Positions 9,879 through 18,036 of a DNA stretch of 64,000 nucleotides are shown here, in pieces; the stretch's first letter is position 1, and every line of letters starts with the position of its first letter. The position numbers were made by a program, and so were the translations under genes. The notes beneath the pieces were generated by a model. The model ran no database searches and was not told the origin of the DNA. It saw only the letters and a list, made by a program, of their open reading frames with translations. The stretch spans positions 4,159 through 68,158 of the IMG/VR virus record IMGVR_UViG_3300005615_000002; one strand, written 5' to 3'. The DNA comes from a virus (lineage: Duplodnaviria; Caudoviricetes).

Positions 9879-10624
9879 AATTTTCTCTTGTAATCCCTTC
9901 TTGGGATGCTGAACAGGCTCAGAAAACCATAGCTAATCTACAGAAATATGATACAAAAGGTTATATATCCCAATGTATAATCTCAGGTGCTAATAGAATA
10001 GAAAATCGCTGGGGTGCTGTAGAATCCATGGCAAAAGGGGCAGAAAAAGTTACGGGAGATGTACTAGTCTTCTGCCATGATGATGTGGAGGTTTACGAAG
10101 ATTGGACAGAATATCTTGACATCCTCTTCACAGCAAAACCTGATATTGGCCTCATCGGATTCCATGGAGCAAAAGGTCTTGGAACTGATGATATATATAG
10201 GACAAAATATAGGCTCGATCAACTTGCGAGAATTGCCCCAATGTCCAACATGATTGATGCAGATTTGCATGGTAAGCAGGTTACCTCGCCGCAAGAAGTA
10301 GCAACAGTAGATGGCTTTTTTATGGCGGTCAGAACAACAGCTTATGATAGTGTAGGTGGTTGGGCGGCCTGCCTTAAAGACAACATACCATACCACATGT
10401 ATGATCACTGGATGGCAATGGTTTTGCGGGAGCATGGATGGAAAACATATTTAGCTCCAGTAAGATGTAAACATTATGGTGGTGGAACTGAGGTGAAAAA
10501 AAGTGAAGAGTATAAAACCTGGGCCAATGAGAATGGCTTTGATTCGATTAATGACGTGCATACACAAGGGCATCTTGCGTTTTATAATAGGTTCAGGGGA
10601 CAGCTCCCCATTAGAGTTACATAG
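9875..10624 (+). CDS. Glycosyltransferase, GT-A fold (GT2-like)
   Basis: FSLVIPS, LVFCHDDV, VATVDGFFMA, YHMYDHW, VRCKHYGGG. Confidence 0.82.
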   Translation: MKFSLVIPSWDAEQAQKTIANLQKYDTKGYISQCIISGANRIENRWGAVESMAKGAEKVTGDVLVFCHDDVEVYEDWTEYLDILFTAKPDIGLIGFHGAKGLGTDDIYRTKYRLDQLARIAPMSNMIDADLHGKQVTSPQEVATVDGFFMAVRTTAYDSVGGWAACLKDNIPYHMYDHWMAMVLREHGWKTYLAPVRCKHYGGGTEVKKSEEYKTWANENGFDSINDVHTQGHLAFYNRFRGQLPIRVT

Positions 10625-10705
10625 TGGTTATGAAGGGCCAGACCTACCTACGCTAGAACAGGATGAACGTTTAAAGCATTCAATATCCAAACCCAAGGTT
10701 AGTTC

Positions 10706-11281
10706 ATGAGTAATTTCACTGTTTTAATAGATTTAGATTCTACAGTTTATGATTTACTTACTCCTTGGATGGAGTGGTACAATAAACATTATAATGATAC
10801 TTTTAAAGTTTCAGATATAAAAAAATGGGCTTGGAATGAAATCGTAAAGCCAGAATGTGGAACTAAAATCTATTCTTTTCTAAATAAAAAAGGTATGTAC
10901 AGTTCATTACAGCCTTTTCCAGGTGCTTTAGAAGCAATTAAAAAAGTTCATGATGAAGGTATCAAACAAATATTCTGCTCTACAATAATAGGAAATACTG
11001 GGGCTAAAGAAAAAGTAGAAGCTGTCGAACGGGACTTCCCGTACCTTGGTAAAGCAGCAGTAGTACTAGTAGGCAAGGATAAAAACTTAGTTAAAGGCGA
11101 TGTTCTAGTTGACGATGGACCACATAATTTAGTTGGCTTTGATGGTTATAAAGTATTAGTTAATCTACAAAATGCTCCATATGTCTATGAACATGCCTGT
11201 AACCCAGATGCAATTTTGTCTACGTGGGAGGATTACCCTGATATAATAAATAATCTCAAAGGAAATAAATGGCAGAAGTAA
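10706..11281 (+). CDS. 5'(3')-deoxyribonucleotidase, HAD superfamily
   Basis: LIDLDSTVYD (DxD), LQPFPGA, GDVLVDDGPHN. Confidence 0.85.
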   Translation: MSNFTVLIDLDSTVYDLLTPWMEWYNKHYNDTFKVSDIKKWAWNEIVKPECGTKIYSFLNKKGMYSSLQPFPGALEAIKKVHDEGIKQIFCSTIIGNTGAKEKVEAVERDFPYLGKAAVVLVGKDKNLVKGDVLVDDGPHNLVGFDGYKVLVNLQNAPYVYEHACNPDAILSTWEDYPDIINNLKGNKWQK

Positions 11282-11628
11282 GAGAGTTTAGTACTGGAGC
11301 AACTAGATCCTCACAGGAAGGTAAATTAGAATACCGCAGATTTCTTTCACCAACAGTCCTTAGACGTTATGCCGAATTCATGCATAAAAATAGATTACAA
11401 CCAGATGGATCATTTAGAGATCCAGACAATTGGAAGAAAGGCATAACTCTGGATTCCTATATGGACTCTTTGGGTCGGCATTTCATGGAGACATGGTTAC
11501 TGCATGATGGTCAGGAAGTTCAAGATGAAAAAGGAAATGTGGTAGACTTAGAGACTGTACTTTGTGCATTAATATTTAACTCAATGGGTTATTTGCATGA
11601 ATTACTTAAAAATAAGGAGAATACATAA
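11269..11628 (+). CDS. dATP/dGTP diphosphohydrolase-like (DUF5664-type) protein
   Basis: REFSTGATRS..GKL, DNWKKGI..SYMDSLGRHF pattern. Confidence 0.75.
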   Translation: MAEVREFSTGATRSSQEGKLEYRRFLSPTVLRRYAEFMHKNRLQPDGSFRDPDNWKKGITLDSYMDSLGRHFMETWLLHDGQEVQDEKGNVVDLETVLCALIFNSMGYLHELLKNKENT

Positions 11629-11630
11629 TT

Positions 11631-11978
11631 ATGGCCGGTGGACAGTTTACAACTCTTGGAGTTCAGGTAGGTTTTAGTCTATTGCAGCAGCTCATCATTT
11701 TCCTAGGTACCCGCAGAACTGGTATGACTGGAGCACAGAAGAGGGACTTTGTAGTAAATACCGTAGCACCACTATTACCAGTAGCTGCCCAGGCTGCTGT
11801 AGAGAATAGTAGCAATCCAACACATAAGGCGGAAATAGCCGTTCTAGCCCAGGGTTTCCATGACGTTCTAGCCGCAACTGGACAGATTCAGTCTACAGAG
11901 GTGTTAGAAGGTACTGAGCCTGTTGTAGCCAGTCCTGTACCACCTTCTGGTGAAGCTAGTACAAATCCAGCAGCTTAA
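11631..11978 (+). CDS. Hypothetical protein with hydrophobic N-terminus
   Basis: 115 aa ORF in operon spacing. Confidence 0.65.
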   Translation: MAGGQFTTLGVQVGFSLLQQLIIFLGTRRTGMTGAQKRDFVVNTVAPLLPVAAQAAVENSSNPTHKAEIAVLAQGFHDVLAATGQIQSTEVLEGTEPVVASPVPPSGEASTNPAA

Positions 11979-11979
11979 A

Positions 11980-12750
11980 ATGGACAATTGGGTTCTAATC
12001 CCTTGTCATAACAATTCTGCACTATTAATAGATGGGCTAGAGTCAATTCTAGCCCAAACTATTTCAGTACGAATTTTTGCTATTGATAATGCTAGTACTG
12101 ACAATACACCTTTTATATTAAATACTTTAAATAATAAACATGTAGTTGTTAGGTTTGACCCGCAACTTGGTGTAGCTGGGGCCTGGAATTTTGGCCTCAA
12201 CTATTTATTTAATAAAGAGGAAGTAAAGCATGTTCTGGTAGTAAACCAGGATGTTATAATAAGGCCGGATACCTATGCAGCTCTCATCAAACAAAATCTC
12301 GGTTTCGTATCTGCTGTCTCCAGAGGAACTAAACATGGCTTGGAAGACCAACTGGATTTCTCTAACATGTGTTCTACCAGACCCAATCCCGATTTCTCTT
12401 GCTTCCTCGTTCAAAAGTCTTGTTTCGAACGTGTTGGAGAATTCGACGAAACTTTCTATCCGGCATGGTTTGAAGATAACGATTACCATATCAGAGCTGC
12501 CAGAGCGGGAATAGAACTTTACTGTATTGATTTCCCATTCTATCATTATGCTGCTGGTACAATGAAAAACGCTACAGAAGAAGAAAGGGCTAATTACTAC
12601 AACCCAGGATTCCTCCATAGCAAACAATATTTTTTAGATAAGTGGGGGGTACTACCAGGAACTAAAGAATATGAAAATATGTGTAATCCGGCTTATTGGA
12701 CTACCACTGCGGACAATGACAGACACAAGATGTATGCTCTACGTGCTTAA
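11980..12750 (+). CDS. Glycosyltransferase, GT2-like
   Basis: VLIPCHNN, AIDNASTD, LGVAGAWN, VVNQDV, FDETFYPAWFEDNDY; ATG 11980. Confidence 0.88.
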   Translation: MDNWVLIPCHNNSALLIDGLESILAQTISVRIFAIDNASTDNTPFILNTLNNKHVVVRFDPQLGVAGAWNFGLNYLFNKEEVKHVLVVNQDVIIRPDTYAALIKQNLGFVSAVSRGTKHGLEDQLDFSNMCSTRPNPDFSCFLVQKSCFERVGEFDETFYPAWFEDNDYHIRAARAGIELYCIDFPFYHYAAGTMKNATEEERANYYNPGFLHSKQYFLDKWGVLPGTKEYENMCNPAYWTTTADNDRHKMYALRA

Positions 12751-13036
12751 CCCATCCCGCCTTTAGGAATTTCCTCTCTAGTATAGTTATATAAAAAGGT
12801 GTACCATTACGGTCCTTGTGTATGTCCCGAGGATTGTATCCCCATACTTGTGGCTCATCATCTTCTGAGTTATTCTCATTATTAGCTACACGTATAAATG
12901 GATCTAAAACACAATTTCCGCCAGATGAACAAGCCGCTACATAACAACCTTTAGTATTTTCTGTAGGCTGTATATCTTCAGCTTGGGTTGTTTGTGGAAT
13001 AAAACTCAATACAAAAGCTAATAAAAAGGATCTCAT
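12701..13036 (-). CDS. Secreted Cys-containing protein in lysis module
   Basis: N-terminal MRSFLLAFVLSFIPQTTQA signal-like peptide and paired Cys; ATGA overlap with the endolysin gene. Confidence 0.55.
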   Translation of the reverse strand: MRSFLLAFVLSFIPQTTQAEDIQPTENTKGCYVAACSSGGNCVLDPFIRVANNENNSEDDEPQVWGYNPRDIHKDRNGTPFYITILERKFLKAGWVKHVEHTSCVCHCPQW

Positions 13037-13611
13037 TTAGTTAGCCTGATTAATTCTCTAGATGCCATATCCTTTAGAATTGGGGCAGCACCTAATTGTT
13101 TTGAGACTAGGTTTGGGTCCCATCTACCATCTGAACCATATTTTCCTTTAATATAATGATTAGTACCACTCCAAAGGTATGGTGTGTTGATATTATGGTT
13201 TCTGTATCCTAGACCATTGTACGTCTCTAACTTATAAAGAATTCCTGCAATACTCCAATCCTTCCAGGCTGTTAATTTATCTAGTTGTAGGGCATCCACT
13301 GCGCTATCTTCCCAGGTCCAGTGATCTAAAGGAGGTCTACCAGTGGGTACATGTACAGTTCTGAACTTTAAAGGATCTCCGTTATGTAAATGCTGAGAAA
13401 AGTTACTACTACACTCAAGTAGATGAATAAGCCCTACTACATACCAAGGAACTCCAGTACGGACAGAGACAGCTTCATATCTAGATTTACCCGAGGTTAT
13501 ACTACTTACCGCTTTTGCTAAGGTAGTATAAAAGTTTGGGAAACTTGGGTTTTGTGTTTGAGACTCATACAGTTTTAAATACTCTTTTCTAAATTCTGGA
13601 GTTAATATCAT
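13033..13611 (-). CDS. Endolysin, lysozyme-like (COG5526-type)
   Basis: IHLLECS, LHNGDPL, LETYNGLGY, PYLWSGT..Y.KGKY..DG, SKQLGAA. Confidence 0.8.
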   Translation of the reverse strand: MILTPEFRKEYLKLYESQTQNPSFPNFYTTLAKAVSSITSGKSRYEAVSVRTGVPWYVVGLIHLLECSSNFSQHLHNGDPLKFRTVHVPTGRPPLDHWTWEDSAVDALQLDKLTAWKDWSIAGILYKLETYNGLGYRNHNINTPYLWSGTNHYIKGKYGSDGRWDPNLVSKQLGAAPILKDMASRELIRLTK

Positions 13612-13613
13612 AG

Positions 13614-14366
13614 TTAAACACCTGCAAACTTTGCTTTTACGCCTTTAATAGACTGTACTTCTTTAAGCCAACCTTTACATGTTTGACACTGATAACGTTT
13701 ATACAATCTAGTTCTAGCTTCGTACTCACCACGAGACTGAATTCTATCACTAGGTCCACCACATTTCGGACAACCTTCTCCACGAGAATAAAGATTGAGA
13801 TTCGGATGATTGCACATCCAAGGACGTAGAGTAAGATATACACGTTCTAACAGGGTTACATCGTGGGCATTATACGTTTTCATCTTGGCCCAGGCTTTAG
13901 AATTGCCAGCACGGCACTCTTTCCATAGTTCATAACCGCCTGTTGCCATTTTTTCGCCCAAACCTAAAAACTGTACAAGGTTTTCAAGTGAATTAGAATC
14001 GAACCCGAATATTTCCTTGGCAACTTTTTTGGTATCAACTTTTTGTACTGGAGTGGGAGGAGGAAGGTTAAACTTGATAAATGCCGAATTCATACGCCCG
14101 AAATCAAAGGCTTTTCCATTATGAGCCACAATGATATCAGCACCATCTATCATACTCCAAAGTTCTGTAATTAGAGACTTCTCTGGATTCTTAGTATTAT
14201 AATCACAGAGAGCTTTGGTTATGTGTTTACCATCTAACCACTTGGCTGAGAACGAAATTATACTGGAATATTCTAATACTTCTAAAGCACGACTATCCCA
14301 CGGACGCCATGAATAATAAAGCATAGGGAAAGTCTCTAAATCAAATATTAATATTTTAGCTGCCAC
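13614..14366 (-). CDS. RNase H-fold DEDD 3'-5' exonuclease with C-terminal Zn ribbon
   Basis: IFDLET, VAHNGKAFD, YNAHDV; CPKC...CQTC. Confidence 0.85.
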   Translation of the reverse strand: MAAKILIFDLETFPMLYYSWRPWDSRALEVLEYSSIISFSAKWLDGKHITKALCDYNTKNPEKSLITELWSMIDGADIIVAHNGKAFDFGRMNSAFIKFNLPPPTPVQKVDTKKVAKEIFGFDSNSLENLVQFLGLGEKMATGGYELWKECRAGNSKAWAKMKTYNAHDVTLLERVYLTLRPWMCNHPNLNLYSRGEGCPKCGGPSDRIQSRGEYEARTRLYKRYQCQTCKGWLKEVQSIKGVKAKFAGV

Positions 14367-14544
14367 TCACACCACCAGCATTTATGGCATTTATAAAAAG
14401 TTGTAATTCATCAATTGCAGTATTTACAGCAGACATAGGATCTTCTCCTAGCCTGACTGATAGTTTTAGTTCACTGGATACTTCTTCTAGTTTATCTAGT
14501 AGAAAAGAATAAGCTTCTTCCCAATCAGTGGTTAGTTTTTGCAT
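14356..14544 (-). CDS. Small hypothetical protein
   Basis: 62 aa ORF in operon spacing. Confidence 0.6.
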   Translation of the reverse strand: MQKLTTDWEEAYSFLLDKLEEVSSELKLSVRLGEDPMSAVNTAIDELQLFINAINAGGVSGS

Positions 14545-14571
14545 CTAAGTAGTATACTACAGAGCCAAAGA

Positions 14572-14856
14572 TCAGGGCAACAGCTTTTTGAAACCCCAAT
14601 TGGCCAGTTGATTAACTACTACAATAACTCCACCCATTATTAGACCAACCTTCCATGTTAATAGGTTGATAGAATGTTTTAATTCAGCAATTTGAGAGAT
14701 CACTTCTTCTTTGAAAACTCTTAAGCTTTCTACACTTCCTTTAAGATCACTTACCTGTGGTTCTAAAGCAGCTAAACGTTCAAGAATTTTCAGATTCAAT
14801 ACCTGTTCCATCACACTAGCTGAAGTTATTTGTTCTGTCTGTCGTCTGTCTGGCAT
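14572..14856 (-). CDS. Holin/XhlA-like coiled-coil protein with C-terminal TM helix
   Basis: Start MPDRRQ at 14856; coiled coil then WKVGLIMGGVIVVVNQLANWG. Confidence 0.55.
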   Translation of the reverse strand: MPDRRQTEQITSASVMEQVLNLKILERLAALEPQVSDLKGSVESLRVFKEEVISQIAELKHSINLLTWKVGLIMGGVIVVVNQLANWGFKKLLP

Positions 14857-14872
14857 AGTATGTTTTTTTACC

Positions 14873-15205
14873 TCAGTGTTTGGGTGGAACAAGATCAAAG
14901 TGGGCTTGTTCAGCCTCAGTACGGTCTTTTTCAGGAATCTCTTCCACGCGTCTGGTTTCGGTCGCATCAGCCATTTCACCTAATTTAAGAGCATTCGCAG
15001 TTTTGACTTCAGCATGTACTTCATCAACTTTTGTTTCTATTTGAGAAGCCTTAACTGCTGTTTGTAAATGTTCTTTATGACTTTCATTACGCATTCTTCG
15101 GTTCCACCACATCAAAACTGCTGGAGCTACTACACCGTTGATGAGCCATAGTACATAGGATGCCCACCATGGACCGCCTGTAGGTGGTGGTAATTGAGGA
15201 GTCAT
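14873..15205 (-). CDS. Single-TM membrane protein (holin-like)
   Basis: N-terminal TM WWASYVLWLINGVVAPAVLMWW followed by a charged tail; near the endolysin. Confidence 0.5.
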   Translation of the reverse strand: MTPQLPPPTGGPWWASYVLWLINGVVAPAVLMWWNRRMRNESHKEHLQTAVKASQIETKVDEVHAEVKTANALKLGEMADATETRRVEEIPEKDRTEAEQAHFDLVPPKH

Positions 15206-15213
15206 TATTTGTT

Positions 15214-18036
15214 TTATTTACCTTTTATGAATTCTTTCCTGTTCAATACTTTAAAATAGTTATACACATCTGGGTATTTAGCTTTGAAGGCACTAGGATT
15301 TGCCATATATTGTCCTTGAAGTTCAGCAAATGCTTCTTCACGCTTCATTTCCTTTTCCCCATACAGGTCATACCACATTATTGCTTTTGGATAAGATGAG
15401 CTAATACGTTTATATATTTCGGACCATTGTTTAGAACCTACTTCAGGATTAGCGTCTCTGGCTTTCCCGAGTTCTTCCTCACGGTCATGTATAATACGAT
15501 CAAATATAAAATTCCATTCAGTTTGCTCGGCTGGGGTTAGATCATTTTTCCACATGGAATGCCCTAGTTCATGAGCAAATGTTTGTGGTTGATCTCCTGC
15601 TTCTTTAGAAATTAATGCTGTGTTTTGTTGCTGTTCAGGAATAACAGCATTCTCACTGTCTGTAGCAATTTTTCCGGATTCTGGACCAGATACAAACTTA
15701 GCACCATACATACCTAATGCATGAGGATTCCGATCGATTTTCCCTGATAAAGGGGAGCCATATAGCATTTGACGTGCGTGTTTAAAACGCGAATCTAGTA
15801 GAATCGATGGAGCATGTGTACGTAGAAGGTCTTCATTCTCGTTTTTATCATTATGCCCTTCTGGCCATTCCGTGACAGGACTATTGGTACGGCGATAACT
15901 GTCTCCACTTTTCTTTTTATTACTAGAACCTGTTAGATCATCTAAAAGTACATTATATTGGCCTGTATATGGTGCAGAACGTTCCACTACCACATATGGA
16001 CCTTTTTTAGATTGTTGTACTTCTGAGGCAACTTTACCTTTAATAGTCTCTCCCCCACGAGAGAATCTAACTAAATCACCCTTTTTATATACTGCTTCTG
16101 TAGACGAAGAGGAAGGAGTTACAGATTTAGCTATAGTAGCAGCTTCTGATTCTGGGGGTGGAGCGTTGGGATCAGGACCTCCTGGATTATAGTTTTTAAA
16201 CCCACGGTCTTGTATTTCTCTAATCTCAGGCCGCATTGTAGAAGGAGAAGCCATAGGTTTACGAGATTCCATGTCTTTGCGTAAAGAATCTACTATCTCT
16301 TGTGCTCTAGTTCCTGTACGTGGTCTAGCATTATACTGTGCCTCACCAGCTTTTTTTACTAGAGAATCAATATTATCTGGATGTGTAACTGGAACGGTTT
16401 GGTCTGCTGATACTTCAACAACTTTACTTTTTTGATTATCTAATACTAATGCTTTCCATTGTGGTATTCCAGTCTCAGGATCAGCAACCGCATATATCTT
16501 TTTTACTTCTCCTGAAACTAAAGTTTCACCAGTGGTGTCCATTCCAGTTACGGTTTGACCCTCCTCTATATGAGTTGGGGGTTGTGGGAAATTAGATTGT
16601 ACAGAACTAGTCTCTGTATTAGCACCTGGGGGTGTGGGTGGTAATTCTAGTTCTGGTGGAGCTGCATTTGGTGTTGATAATCCACGTGTAGGATCTTTAA
16701 GCCACCAAGGTTTTTCCGTCAAAGCTGAAGCAAGCCCTGTACGTACTGGCATACCGATTTTACCAGACTGAAAGCCAGGAGCGGGCTTATCTCCAATAGC
16801 TTCTTTTACTGCATTTTTGACGATTGCTTTTGGATTTACTTTATTTAATATACTAGGAGAACTAGATGTCCTACTAGTCGCTAATTTCTCTGGTAATATT
16901 TTCTTCCCCTGCATTAAATCTGCCATATGGGAATTAACCAGTTCTAAAGCAGACTGTCCATTTGGCAACCTAGTAGCGTTCTCTGCTGCCTTAATTAGGG
17001 CAGAAGATACTCTACCTGCTTTTTGGTTTAAAGCTAAATCTGGAGCTTCAGTAGAGAAACTTCCATAATTAGGATCGATGATACCTTGATCTCTCATCTG
17101 CTCAATATCAGCCGCACTAAGTTTTCCACCACGTTTAGCTATTTCGGCAAGAAGTTTATTGCCAAAAGCATTAAACTGAGTGACTGTTCCATCAGGAACA
17201 TTGGTTGGGGCTATAGTTTGTACTTCTGGTGCTCCTGTAATAGGATTTGTACCTACAGGGCCAAAGTTATCTTCAATAAATTTAATGCCATCTATTGTTT
17301 TAGCTTGGGCTGCGGGATGTTGTAATATACTATTTTTTACATTAGAAGCTTCTTCTAAACCCGCCTTAACCGCCTTGGGAAGTCCTGTTTCTTTATATAC
17401 ACCAGCAGAGGGTTGAGATGCTTGTCCACGTGTTAGTGGTCCTTGTTTAGATCTAGCCAGCCCACGACCTAGATCTTTACCATATTTAGGTTCTATAGAT
17501 TCTTCACCTACAGCTTTGTTTATTAGGTCGAATTTGGCCTGTTCTGGTATTACCGAACGTATGAGTTTAGGGCCAGTAGCTAATGCCAGTGGAACCGCTC
17601 TACCCATAGCACCTGCATAGTTACCTTCTGCCAAGGGAGGTCCCAACATGGGAACCGCAGCACCTAATGAGTGTTTTAAATATGCTCCATATTCTTTGTG
17701 CTGTAATGCATCTAGAGCTTTACCACCCTGTTCACCTATTTCTGAAGCAATAGTATATGGAATACTACCCAGCATTTTAGCTTGAGCTACCATTGGAAAT
17801 GAAGCTATTGGATGCTTCATAGGGTCGAGCTGCTCTCCTATGGCCATAATATCTTCTTTTGATGCGGGGAGTCCTGCACCATGCATAAATCTAGTAAATG
17901 CCCCTTCTTGAGGATCTACTGTAGGCTTCTGAATAGGTGGGGGAAGCTTAGGTAGATTAACCGTCTGCGGTGGAGGAGCAGTTTTGGTATAACTATCTGC
18001 GGCTTCTAACACCGATTTATCAAGATCATCTGCCAT
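15214..18036 (-). CDS. Large internal virion/ejection protein with C-terminal zincin-like metallopeptidase motif
   Basis: 940 aa, last of three low-complexity genes after the tail module; FAHELGH...EEAFAE near the C-terminus. Confidence 0.6.
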   Translation of the reverse strand: MADDLDKSVLEAADSYTKTAPPPQTVNLPKLPPPIQKPTVDPQEGAFTRFMHGAGLPASKEDIMAIGEQLDPMKHPIASFPMVAQAKMLGSIPYTIASEIGEQGGKALDALQHKEYGAYLKHSLGAAVPMLGPPLAEGNYAGAMGRAVPLALATGPKLIRSVIPEQAKFDLINKAVGEESIEPKYGKDLGRGLARSKQGPLTRGQASQPSAGVYKETGLPKAVKAGLEEASNVKNSILQHPAAQAKTIDGIKFIEDNFGPVGTNPITGAPEVQTIAPTNVPDGTVTQFNAFGNKLLAEIAKRGGKLSAADIEQMRDQGIIDPNYGSFSTEAPDLALNQKAGRVSSALIKAAENATRLPNGQSALELVNSHMADLMQGKKILPEKLATSRTSSSPSILNKVNPKAIVKNAVKEAIGDKPAPGFQSGKIGMPVRTGLASALTEKPWWLKDPTRGLSTPNAAPPELELPPTPPGANTETSSVQSNFPQPPTHIEEGQTVTGMDTTGETLVSGEVKKIYAVADPETGIPQWKALVLDNQKSKVVEVSADQTVPVTHPDNIDSLVKKAGEAQYNARPRTGTRAQEIVDSLRKDMESRKPMASPSTMRPEIREIQDRGFKNYNPGGPDPNAPPPESEAATIAKSVTPSSSSTEAVYKKGDLVRFSRGGETIKGKVASEVQQSKKGPYVVVERSAPYTGQYNVLLDDLTGSSNKKKSGDSYRRTNSPVTEWPEGHNDKNENEDLLRTHAPSILLDSRFKHARQMLYGSPLSGKIDRNPHALGMYGAKFVSGPESGKIATDSENAVIPEQQQNTALISKEAGDQPQTFAHELGHSMWKNDLTPAEQTEWNFIFDRIIHDREEELGKARDANPEVGSKQWSEIYKRISSSYPKAIMWYDLYGEKEMKREEAFAELQGQYMANPSAFKAKYPDVYNYFKVLNRKEFIKGK

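Noticed and set aside
10490-10709. Programmed frameshift at the A-run extending the GT2 gene into ORF 10503-10709
   Set aside because: The second ORF is in the +1 frame, the run does not fit an in-frame X-XXY-YYZ site, and the GT2 ORF is already complete.
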